64,000 bases of DNA. Source: Tubiluchus corallicola. Taxonomy: Eukaryota > Animalia > Priapulida. The stretch covers positions 186,001 to 250,000 of the forward strand of contig JAQGDQ010000009.1 in assembly GCA_030141605.1 (NCBI GenBank). The letters run 5' to 3'. Positions 38,678-50,400 of this stretch are shown here, piece by piece. Both the position numbers and the translations under genes were made by a program. Every line of letters starts with the position of its first letter. Position 1 is the first letter of the stretch. Under the pieces are notes generated by a model. That model made no database searches. It worked only from the letters and a program-made list of their open reading frames with translations, and was not told the origin of the DNA.

Positions 38678-40726
38678 ATGCCTGGACAGGATATGGAAGT
38701 TGACAGTAAGACTACCGAAGTAGAACTAGAGGATGGTGAACTCGAAGATGGTGAACTAGAAGATGATGATGTAGACACTAAAAAGATAAATCATCTCATT
38801 GAGCAGAGTTGCATCTTAAGGACGAAAAGTGAGCACGAATTTATCGCTGAACTAAAAAACACTGAGGAGGATGATATTGAAGATGAAGAAGAACTACGAC
38901 AACAAGCTTTAAAAGCTCTGGCTGTGTCACGAGAAAAGGCAGAAAGCAAACATGAGGAAGACGAACTATCAGAACTGGAGTTGCGTCGAATTGCTCTGGC
39001 ATCTGCTGCTAAGATGGCTGCAGCAAAACTCAAGCAGAAGTCCTCCAGTGCTACAAGCTCCCAACTTCGTGACCGGGGTGGCAGCAGACAGAGAGATAAG
39101 AGACAAACCCCAAGTCGTAAAAGTACTCATCAATCTAGCAATGCAAACACCCCATTTCAGAGACCAAGATCAACAAACAGTCTTAGGCAACGCCATTCCG
39201 TAAAAGACAAACGTGCAATTAGAAAATTGGACGTGAAGTCAAAAAGAGAACCCAGCAGTATTTTTGGAAACAAGCATGTTCTACCAAATGAAAATACTAA
39301 AATTTCTGAAGGTAAAACCCTACTCGATAAAGATAATTACGAACCTGTGCCCATGGAGATTGATGATAGCAATTCTTCCGATGCATCTGTGATATTGCTT
39401 AGCCCACAAAATTCCAGCATCGAGACACCCAATTCGTCAAATGCAATTCTTGCTGCAACACCTGTAGGTAAAAGTTATGCAAATTCAGAACATAAATTTG
39501 TTGTCCCTTTCAACAAAGATAATGAGAAATCAAATAAAAAACACAAAAGCACTTGTGATTTAAAACCTAATAATAAGTTAAAAAAATCTTTTTCCATAAA
39601 TAACAATAGCAAACCCATCATGAAAACAGCAAATATTAGCAAAGCAATCGGTGTAAAAGTTTCTAAGCCTGCTGTTATAGCAAGGGTAAAATCTCAGAGG
39701 CAAAACCCCACTTCATCAATGACTAAGGTATTAAAATCTGAAATAGGCTCGTGTAATTCTTTAATCTCTAAATCAGTGAGTCGTTCACCGCTTTCAAGTG
39801 CCAGTGGCAGAACGAATACTCCTCGGGATTTGGACGGCTTATCCAGGTCCCCATTTGATGTTAAAAAGGAGTACCGTAAACAAAAATGGCAGCTTCTTAA
39901 AAGTCAAAATAAGGCAAATAATTCTTGTTCGGAAACTTCTCAAAACTTCTTACACTTGGTTGCCAAGAGCCCTCCTTCCCAGCAAAAAGAGAACAGTGGC
40001 ATGTGTTTAGAAGACTTGCAAGAGGTTTTGGCGAAAAGAAAACGTATCTACCTGCTTGCTGAGAGAGAAGTTGAATCTCTAAGGGCTAAATTGGTCTTAG
40101 CCGAAAAAATTGCTGCCGAAAATAAACAGGTCATTAGTAAGCTTGAAAGAAAAATCCAGTTGAGTCCGCCAGAGATGTTACATCAGTATGTGTCCCACAC
40201 ATCTTTTGTATTTGGTGGTTTGAATGCTTTTGACACAGGTAAAACAAAATACTCTCAGGCTGCATTGGGGCAGTTCAAACACTACAGGAGTTCATTGTTG
40301 CACTGTAGGTCTTATCGATTTAACCCTTATTTTAAGCTGCAGGAAAGGCAAAGACTCTGTAGTCTCACATATAGCAATAATATCAATTGTAAGGAATACT
40401 TATGCTGGTTTGACTTAATGGGAAAGTGTAACGATGAAGCGTGCAAATGGCAACATGCAACCGAAATTAAATTATCCGGAGCTCAAACACTACAAAACAT
40501 TGTATCCCATGTCCCGGGGCTTAACTGTCTCGAAAACAATGACAGTGCATATAATGCTGTCCAAAATTTTACAAACATTCCTCGCACTACTATGGACCTC
40601 GAAGAGCGATGTACGACGTTGGTCAGTAACATTCAAAACTATTTGACGTCAATGTCAAATTGTGTGGTATTGACTATGTCTAAACCACCCCCAGCTTCAG
40701 TGATTAATTCTATAGCAGTGTCTTAG
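38678..40726 (+). CDS. ZFC3H1: ZFC3H1/Red1-like zinc finger C3H1 protein (PAXT/MTREC nuclear exosome adaptor), 682 aa, single coding exon
   Basis: N-terminal ELEDGELEDGELEDD (EDGEL-type ARS2-binding motif), EELRQQALKAL and ELELRRIALASA helices, and a coiled coil. C-terminal YRSSLLHCRSYRFNPYF...TYSNNINCKEYLCWFDLMGKCNDEACKWQH matches the zf-C3H1 region of ZFC3H1/Red1 (finger at 40403-40456). A pyrimidine-rich tract and acceptor at 38668-38669 just upstream indicate a 5' UTR intron. Confidence 0.88.
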   Translation: MPGQDMEVDSKTTEVELEDGELEDGELEDDDVDTKKINHLIEQSCILRTKSEHEFIAELKNTEEDDIEDEEELRQQALKALAVSREKAESKHEEDELSELELRRIALASAAKMAAAKLKQKSSSATSSQLRDRGGSRQRDKRQTPSRKSTHQSSNANTPFQRPRSTNSLRQRHSVKDKRAIRKLDVKSKREPSSIFGNKHVLPNENTKISEGKTLLDKDNYEPVPMEIDDSNSSDASVILLSPQNSSIETPNSSNAILAATPVGKSYANSEHKFVVPFNKDNEKSNKKHKSTCDLKPNNKLKKSFSINNNSKPIMKTANISKAIGVKVSKPAVIARVKSQRQNPTSSMTKVLKSEIGSCNSLISKSVSRSPLSSASGRTNTPRDLDGLSRSPFDVKKEYRKQKWQLLKSQNKANNSCSETSQNFLHLVAKSPPSQQKENSGMCLEDLQEVLAKRKRIYLLAEREVESLRAKLVLAEKIAAENKQVISKLERKIQLSPPEMLHQYVSHTSFVFGGLNAFDTGKTKYSQAALGQFKHYRSSLLHCRSYRFNPYFKLQERQRLCSLTYSNNINCKEYLCWFDLMGKCNDEACKWQHATEIKLSGAQTLQNIVSHVPGLNCLENNDSAYNAVQNFTNIPRTTMDLEERCTTLVSNIQNYLTSMSNCVVLTMSKPPPASVINSIAVS

Positions 40727-42477
40727 CTGGACAAAGGTAAATTTCATTTTCAATAATGTTGCCATTTGCATTCTTTTAACTTGCATTTTGTAATACTTTT
40801 TCGACTTTGAGACAACATTAGAACAAGCAACAAATATAGCTATTATGTGAATTGCAATAGCAAACCGAGCATATCAAAAAAACTGTTAATACATTTAGAT
40901 TTCTAAGCACTGAATAATATTTAAGGTAATTTGCTCATTTTCTGTATAGCTGTTTAGTTAATGTTTACACATAGTTACATATAAATTTTCTATACTACTA
41001 TAGCATGAAAATATGACTTTTTTAGCTTAAATATTTGGTATTGCAAACGTAAATACTTTTGATTAGTAAAGCAAAATCAAAACATGTTAACATGTAATAG
41101 TGTAACTCTAGTTTAGTTTAGATAACAGATGCATTAAGAATATTTACATTAATTTTACTTATCTTTTGTGTGCTTAGTAGGCGCAGCTTAAAGTGAAGAG
41201 TTGATAAAATGTTCAAGATATTATAAGTTATAATGAAGTAGTTAAGTTTCTTGAGAAAAAATTTATTTACAAGAGCTAGCATGTAAATAATGAAAATTTA
41301 TGAATAATTTTATTGCGTGTGTAAGAAATTGATTTTAGTGCAAAATTTCTGTTTTAAATACATAAATATTTATTATGTATTTATATGATTCGAATTTGAT
41401 AGAAAGCTATTAAGATTTTGCTAGTTTTAATTTTTTAGTTTTCATAATTTGTATGCTTGGACATGATTGTATGTTAATGATGAATTATTAAATTTTTGTA
41501 TAATTATTTAATTCTGACCTCTGTTTTTAAGTCTGAGAAATTCTGTTGCATACATACTACACAGACCTTATATTTCTTCCTGTGATGTATCCCGTAACTT
41601 TTGACATATACATTACTTGTTACCTTGAAGATAAAAAGTAGAAAAAGTAGCACAAGCTGGTGATTGCCCGATAGCTTGCATGAGACAAATAATGCTTGCC
41701 ATATCACAAAAGAAGGAAATAAGTTTGGAATGGTTGATAAAAATACTGTATGCAAGGGTCCTGCTTGTGCAGAATACTACTTGCATTTCGTTTGAACAGA
41801 AAACAAGCATTTATTTAGTAATACCAATACAGTAACATTATGTTTGTCTTGGTGCATCTTTTTTACTCACACTTTGCTTTGCTTTGCATTAATTTGACGT
41901 AACTTGCAATAAATAGGTCTATGTTACTTCATCCGAAGTACTTTACTTTTTACCAAATGTAAAAATGGCACAAATGGAAAAGTAGGTAAAAATAGCATGT
42001 TATTTTGATGCAAATGATTTCTATAACCATGTTTTCATATGTACATCAAAGCAACTAAATCAAAACATCTTAAATTTATTCAAATATTGCAACTAATTTA
42101 TGCAAGAGTAAAGTAAATTAATTCTCGAGTTTATTAATATATTAATAACAGTACTCTAACAATACAATTGCCACACAATAATTAGCATGCATTATAATCG
42201 CTGTAGCCTATATACGACCACAGTTCGTCCATGCAGGACCACTGCATAGCTTATATCGTATATTGGAATTTGGACAAGACATACCCAATCACCTGGCTTG
42301 GTTGTACCAGGTGGCGCAAAATTGTGCCGAAGTTTTGGTTACGATAAATATTGTAAGAAGAAAAAGCGAAATCGCTCGAAAATTGCCACACTGATGCTGC
42401 ATACGATTGTGTGTAAACATGAAAGATACAGAAGTTTTAAATCACCAAGTCAAAAAATAAATGTCTGAAAATATTTC

Positions 42478-42760
42478 GTACGTTACTGTCGTTAAAGTTT
42501 TCTGCTAGTCACAGTAGTGCTCTATGCGTCCATCATTTTCAAAAGAAAGGCGTTTCTTCCAACAACTAACACAGTTCCTTAGTTTTAAGGGGTATTTGAT
42601 CCAGGACTCAATAATTTCTGCCTTTAGTTCATTAAGCGGCTGTGTGCGGTCATTGTACACTCTCTTTGAGCTTTTCCAGGTACTGTGGCCCAGGGGATTA
42701 CGTCCCGTTTTTTTCTTCACCACAAAGCTTTATCAGTGCTTTATCTTTTGTGATAAAGAC
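42478..42760 (-). mobile_element. Tc1/mariner transposase 3' remnant
   Basis: RNPLGHSTW..KRVYNDR..LNELKAEIIESW...CWKKRL..ENDGRIEH matches the Tc1/mariner C-terminal pattern NPLD.SIW..LK..VY....ELK..I...W....W.KRL....GG.IEH; degenerate. Confidence 0.7.
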
Positions 42761-44137
42761 AATTTGTCGTAAACAAATTGATTTGTTTATTGTTTTGCCT
42801 CGAATCCTGTGACGTATTGAATGCTTTATGTACGCCGACAAGGCTGTTTTGCTACTCTGCAAATTTTGTGTACGAAAAAGCACAACCAGTTTATTTGCTG
42901 AATAATCATTATATTTGTCACGTTGCTTACTAAAGAGATTTATTGTTCGACTCAAGCTGATGTCCCCGATTTCCCGTCAGCGTGTTACGTCAGAACGGAA
43001 GCGAAGCGATAGACCAATATACTTGAAGTAGATTGATGAATAGCCTGGCATTTAAATTTTTAATATGCAAAAGCTTTTTCGTCTTAACTTAAAAACCACC
43101 AAAGCTAAACCTATTACTTACACAGATAAAAGGCAACCAGATGAGGTGTTTCAACGACGAATAAAGTGAACAATTCTGCATTGTTGCCACGCCAAACCAA
43201 TTATAGTAATTCTGTCAGTACTTGTAGTACTAGTTCTATATTAAATCAGATCTAGTATGTCAGCTCAAACATTTTGTATTAATTCATAATGTACACTGAA
43301 AACGGTGCTGAAAATGGGTGGCAAAATTGACCTACGTCTCACGTGATCCACATAGATGTCATGATGGTATGATTCCAACAAAGCTAGAATGCATGCTGAT
43401 CCAGGCCTAATTCGTGTTATTCTACTGCACGACTATGTTATGTCATTTGTATGTAAATGGATACAAAAAATTTCAATTGCACTTTATCAATGCGCGTTTA
43501 GCCGCTTACCCACCCAAGTGCCCAAAGTGAATAGGCCTAGTGACCCATTAAAAAATAGCGACTCATTTCAGCTCTCTGAAAGCAAGCTAATCAAGCGCAG
43601 CCGTGTACGTTACGTTCTTACTAACGCATTGGGCCAAAGTTCGTGTGGATGTTTAAGCTTGACCTTGACCCTTCGCTTACTGATATCACAAATAAGTCAT
43701 TGTGCGACCATCTAAACGTTTAGATTAGATGCCAAAAGACCACTAAAAATGTCTGTGTTCAAATAAAAGTTTGTACAAAGGCAAAGTTGATACCAGAATG
43801 AGTGGCTTCCATTGCTAATTTACAAATTTATATAAATATTTAGAAATAAGTATGCATAGATGCATTTACTGCATTAAACATATAGGTAGTCTAAATTCGA
43901 AAAGCATGTGGCGCCATCTGTTAACAAAAATGTCAAGCTGAGTACAGAGACTAGTTGCTCTCTACAACATTAATTGCAACCATTATCATAATTGTTGTTG
44001 TAATTTAATAAGTCATTGCTAAAACAAACTGTGATAAGGCAAGCAGTCAATAGGCAGTTACAATGCCTCGTCTGATTGAGGAATTGAAATTTACCCTCTT
44101 ACGTGATGATCCAGTAGAGAAAAGGTTTGTTAGCTAC

Positions 44138-44154
44138 AATAATAATAATAATAA

Positions 44155-44189
<35 letters not shown>
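44138..44189. repeat. (AAT)n microsatellite, possibly a retroelement tail
   Basis: Directly visible; adjacent TTTATT (AATAAA on the minus strand). Confidence 0.9.
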
Positions 44190-45107
44190 GCGCTTTATTT
44201 CACAAACATAAACACAAGTACAATTAGCAAATCACGTATTTAAATAAACAACGCATACAGGAACACGCCCCTGTAAAAACAGGGCTCTTTCTAAGTGTAG
44301 TTGATTAATACATCTATGTATATATATATATATGGATTGAATACATTTATTCTTAGCAAAATTAATTCGTACCTCTTAATTTAGAATCACGTACTGTTGA
44401 AATTTTATGCACTTAATTAAGCAACAATTTCTTAACTTCCTCACAGCCGAATATCACAGGCTCACAGCTGAAAAAACGGAACGTGTTCCATTCTAAAAAT
44501 CACTTATTTTGTCACGTATCATCTAGTAAATGTAAACTGTTTTCGTCCAGGTTGCTTTATACAAAAAAGTTGCTGTCTGCGTTTTTTTGCGTCACACTGT
44601 TCTCTGCATACAATTTTTTTGCGGTATTCGACTTATCAATGATAAAGAATTTTGCAATCTAGTTTTTTGCTTACATGTGATTATTGTTGATTTTTCTGTT
44701 TAAATACGTACTTATGCAGCCTAATTCTTTTACATTAATTAATTTGCTTCCTTTTTGTAATTTTTGTAGTAAACTAGAACACCAAAACAATTTTCTTGTA
44801 ATAAAGATCTCCAACAACGTAAAACGTGTACTTTAGGCTCGCCCCGCTTTCGTGACGTATCATTCGGGAAGTATCCTGTTACCGATAATGTGCAATTGAT
44901 CCCACAGCGTGCTTATTTTTGTACAAGGTCCCTGGTAGCTTCTTGAGATCTGCCCGAATCTCGTGCAATTAGACCTGAACACGCACGACGTAAAAACCCA
45001 GTCAACTCAATCCGCGTTATTGCGCCAACTTCACATAAATAATGCCCGAACTTTCATACTATTTTGTGAACAGAAGCAGTAGCGTGAGTTTGTTAGCTCA
45101 AACCATC

Positions 45108-47426
45108 ATGAAGTGGAGAACGCCTCTGTACGTAATGGTGCTCATGTTTTTGCTAAGCGTCAAGTGCGCACAAGAGGAAGAAGAGGGGACGTTAGTAACT
45201 GAAAATAATGATTTAGAAAACTCGAGACAACAAAGCAAAGAAAGTGAGCAGGACTGCACTGCAGATGTGTATGCTTTACGGCAGAAACTACAGAGAGAAC
45301 AGGCAATCATGGAAAGACTTCAGAGTGCTTCAATTATCCATCCTTGCCATTGTCATTGTGATTCAGTAATTAAGGTTCAACCAGTGACTTGTCCGTCTGT
45401 GGAAACTGCATCCGCTGAGCTGGTTAAAAATTTGACTGACAGTATTAGTGAAAAGTTTAAATCTCTTCAAACTCAGAGTCAATGTAAGTAAAATGTTGTT
45501 CGCTCCATAACGGTCCAGACCATTTGCAGTTGAGATTAAAAATTTCCCCGTTATTTTGTTGTTAGACATTTGATGCGTGACCTAATTTTATCGTGTAGCT
45601 AGATCTTTATTTTAGACCGGGTCGTATTTTCCTATGTAGAAGCTTGTTATACACACACCTGTAAGTTTGCTGTTAAGCTACCGTAAGCTTATTATGTAGG
45701 AAAATTTACTTTTTTACTTGAGTTTAGGCCCACTTCTAAATGTCATTTGCAGAATGCCATATCCATGAGCTAGAGTCTAGACCCCAGAATCTGACTAACT
45801 GTTACCACGTGGGTGACAAATTGTAACGATGTCTTCCTGAAAGGCGTAGATGAAAAAAAGTTTGAAAGCAATTTGGCAGTTTAGCGGTAGTAATCACTGT
45901 TTGAAGTTGGAGGGTATGAGCATGACTGGAACTAAAAATTATTGGTTGGTAAAAATGTAAACTGCAATATTTTTGAAAGACCGGTTCAGTTACTACAAAT
46001 GACCACTCATAAGTTGGAAATTTTACCTATTGCATAATTGTATTTGTATGCGGGTCATTGCACAAAACAAACGCATCCTGGTTGCACATGGGACTACAAG
46101 CAATATAGTTTTTTTGCACTCGTTTTTGCAGCGCACTTGTGTTTGACTTTCAGGCCTTCACTATACACGTTTTCACAGAAATAAATGTTAAATTTTAAAT
46201 GGCGCCAAATGATCAGAGATCCTATTCTGTCTGTTAATGAGCACCTAAGTTTATTCGTTGCCGTTCTGCAAATAGTAGCCGCATCGTTACGGATCATTTC
46301 ATCACGCGTGTTGGTATAAACATAACTTGGTCACCTGTTAAAACTTGTTTGAGCTTATACTTTGGCCGGGAGATTTTAATTGATAGAATAATGTTTTTAT
46401 ACAATGTATGTGTAATCAGGTTTTGGGAAAGGGCCAAATTTGGGACCTTTTGACCTCTGAGTACGCACTTAATTAATGCACAGACACGTAAATGATGTAA
46501 TTATGCAAAACGCAACGGTAAGAATTGAGTTGGTCTTTCAAAAGATATCGTAAAAAACATTTTTCTCATCCGATAATTTTTGGTCCAGTCATGGCCATAT
46601 GCTCCGACTTGGCGCCGTGATGACTACCACTAAGCTACTAGTCCAAGCTTGCTTTAAACTTTTTTCATATGCAGACATTTGCCTTTCAATAAAACAACAT
46701 TGCAATTTGCCACACTCGTTCGTACCAAAATCTGATGTAACTTAAGGACTTAATGTGCTATTTATATAATTTTATTTTCTAAAATAACAATATTACAAGT
46801 ACGATACAAACGTAAAATGTACAATAACGAATACTTCTTAACTTTTTAACGTTTAGCTAACTTTAGTAACTTGCACCATGAAACATTTGTGGTCTATTAG
46901 TTTTACTAAACCATCTAGTACATAAAATAATGTTTTCAATAGGTATGACCAACTGGCAACACAAAAGTTACAAAGGTGTTATATTAGATACGAATATCAG
47001 AAACGAAAAAATTCTCATTCAAGTGTTTAATAACATTTGAAAATGCAGCAACAGTTCTTCAATGAAAGATTACTTAATTTATTAAAAACTATTTTAATTC
47101 ATAAAGCAGTCAGAGAAAGAAGCACAGAATAAATATTTTTATTGGGACATTTATAGCCATCCAGATTACGAGCAGCTATCTAAACGTCTAACAATTGCTA
47201 AACACAGTCCAAGGTTTAACAGCAAGTCGCCATCAAATGACATTCCCGTGGTGGGTTTGAGTGTGGATGGAAAAGTCCGCGGTTTGTATACATATGTACC
47301 TACTCGGACTGCTTGAAATATCACTGGTTTCATCGTGCGAGATTTACATTGAAATTTCAGACTATTCTCTGTACATGTTCTTTCTCTCTTCCTCTCTTTG
47401 TCTGTTTCCGTCTTTGACGCTACCTC

Positions 47427-47495
<69 letters not shown>

Positions 47496-50400
47496 ACCCC
47501 TATCTTTCTCTCATTTTCTCTCTTTCTCTATATCCCTCTGTTCTCTGTTGCAAAACATTTTTTCACTTCTGGCAACGTCTGTTCCAGTGAACTTGGATAA
47601 AGCCAAGTAAAACCTTGATGCTTTCTGTAAATGTATTGTTGAGTATTACGCTGAGAAGTGTGTTTTCTTGAAATCTAAAGCACTTTAATCACCAATATAG
47701 TAGATTGGACACCTACATGATTAATCTGACGTACTTTCTGAATTTTTGCATGTGTCATAGAATTGGTGTGTCCTGAGATGTCCATCACAGGTTGTGAAAC
47801 TTGTTGGACAGAAGACAGCAGGCATCAGCTGGGATAGCAAGCACTAAGTAATGAATGCATCTATTGTTGTGCATTAATTCTGCAGTTTAGGTAGCAGCAC
47901 ATGTGCGGCGTTGTTCAGTGTTGCCAACTGCCAGCTGAAAGCAAAAGACAAAAAAATATTTATTTACCAGATAACGTTTGACAGAAAACATTGTCAAATT
48001 TAAACTTACAATAACACAGTTAAGGATGCAACACCTAAACTGCCAGCTGTGGGGGTAGTTGTTGCTGGCCGAACGTGAATGGGTAATTCTTTTTAATCTT
48101 CTGACTGAATGAATCGTCTTTTCTTTGAAAGATGCGCACATGTGCTTAGCTAGTATATGCGTGAAAAATTACTGTACAAATTTAAAGTCCATGTAAATTA
48201 AAGTTTTCAAGCAATTAGATGACTAATTTCAAGTAATTGCGATACTTTTTGTCAACAATTGATTATTGTTATCGTTTGCTGAGATCGCCAGTTGGCGTTT
48301 TGTTTCCAGCAAGAGTGGCTATGCAAATCTGTGATCTCAGTGAAAACTACACAAGTATTGAGTTTACGAAATTAGGAGTGTTTACATTCACGATTTGCGG
48401 GTACTGAAAATTTTTTCAAACGCATTTTGCACTTTTTGTATTTCAAATTATTATAAACTCACTAACACAAATGTAATCATTTAGTACTTTATTACTAAAG
48501 TAATTGATACCAGAGACTTGTGGGAAAGTAATCCGCCCACAAATACCTGCTGTCTGGCTGTAACGTTCACCAAGCCATAATGTGGCCATCTAAGAACACA
48601 CCGATTCTGAAGCATACCAGAAAGCTCAAAAGGATCATCAAAATCATCGTTTATCTATCGATCATGTAGGTGATCAAATCGCGTCAAGATTTAAACAAGT
48701 CTAGCACACTACTTCGCTGAAGCCTGTCTTAACTATTTTGTGCACGTCTCTGATAATCAAAGAATAGGTCTGCGTAGTTTGAGTCAGTTGAATAAACGTA
48801 GCTTAGAAAAAGTTGTTTGTCTGCAGTTGGTGCAATGGCCTTGGGAAAACTTACAGACCGGAATGTCGTACAGGCCTGCCTTCCAGGAACTGTTTTCGTC
48901 CTTAATAAATAAATGAATCTCTGACATGCACAATTAATAAGGACCAAGTCGAGTAATCGACTTGCCTTCATTACACGTAGTTAATTCACTGGTTACTACA
49001 GCTAAGCTTTTGGCATGACGTTGCATGCTTCTTGATTGCTGGTCGTCTTGGACTTGGCTGAAAAAGTCGAAAATTCCGCAGCGGTTTATAGGCTGCGCAC
49101 TCCCTTCGAAGGTTTCTTTCTGTACTCATAGTCACTAGCAGAAGCAACAGGCAACATTACTCCTCTAAATGGCCAACTAATAGGCGGACAACCTCGAGCA
49201 TAATCAGCTATGCATATATTCCATACAAGTGTGAAGAATCATGTATTAACTACCCGTTTTTGGATGTGTGAAAGTGAATTAAATTGTAATTATTGATGAA
49301 TGTTGGAAATTCTCGAAAACTCGTACATCTGCATAAGATCTTTCACACAGGCCTCGACTTGCTGTATTCTCATTGGTGATGGTGGCGACGACGACGATGA
49401 CGGTGTTAGTGATGGCGGTAGTTATGATGATGAAGATATTGGTGATGATAGCATTGGTGGTCGTGATGATTACTTTTCATTTTTTGTTCATTTCTGCTGT
49501 TTTTTCCAATTTTTCTTTGCTGAATTTTCGTGCTTCGTCTCATACCTTCCTTCACCTTTCTTTTCTCCTTTTTTATTTCTTTTCTGTCTTTTCTTCTTTT
49601 CTTTCTTTCGCGCTTCCTTTGCTTTTCTGACATTCAAAACGAGCATCACAAATGATAAAATGTTTCAGGTAGCTCTACAAACAGTAAAAACGACATAGCT
49701 TACTTTCCATTTGATGGAAACTTCCATGAAGTTCTAGCCAGCCATGTCACTGTTGCACCTAAATGCCGGAATGGCCGCAATAACAGGTCGAATCCTCCCT
49801 GTCCTGCTTTCACTACAGGGGTAAAGCATCAAGCTCTGGAACTGAACTCCAAAATTCGAGACGCCGTTCTGGAACTGGAATATGAAGAGTTGCAGCGTTC
49901 GCTGTTTGGAGAGCATCTGACAATCAGCTTGTGGCATCGTTCTCACCACAAATTTGCAGCAAGTAAGACAATTTCCGTCGCGTGAACTGTGAAACCAAGC
50001 TTAAAGATTGTTAAATGCTTAATAAATTCATAGTGACAAGTACCGAGACATTGGCAGCTCAGCTTTCCTATAAACCTGAGCATGTACTAATTTAACTTAT
50101 AAATATCGTGTTTGTTGCTTCGTGACAGTGAATTTAGTTATTTATTATTTAAATGGCATGGTGAGTGTGAACTTTTTACTGTGAGCCAAGTAATGAGCCT
50201 GATACGGATTTTCTTGTTCTTAGTTCACAGTGTTGATTGTCAATGATGTTGATTAGTGTATTTTTGCTTAACCTTAATTAATTTTACATTAATTATAAAC
50301 ACTTCAATAACTGACAACGTCCAAATTAACAAATTAGTTTGATAGAGTTATTCTTATTGTTATTTCTTCACACAGATTCAACCCATTCTTCAAATGACCT

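Noticed and set aside
38791-40646. Overlapping alternative-frame and antisense ORFs within ZFC3H1
   Set aside because: Short shadow ORFs expected within GC-richer coding sequence; the same applies to those inside 57209-59053.
45042-45107. Upstream ATG for the secreted protein as given in the ORF track
   Set aside because: The ATG at 45108 (ACCATCATGA, A at -3) directly precedes a canonical signal peptide; the extension is unnecessary, though not excluded.
49300-49698. 132-aa ORF with acidic and Phe-rich parts
   Set aside because: Degenerate GAT/GGT repeats plus a pyrimidine tract upstream of an acceptor; low-complexity intron.
49704-49949. Minus-strand ORF/exon suggesting a nested gene
   Set aside because: It is the antisense shadow of the plus-strand LamG exon 49669-49962.
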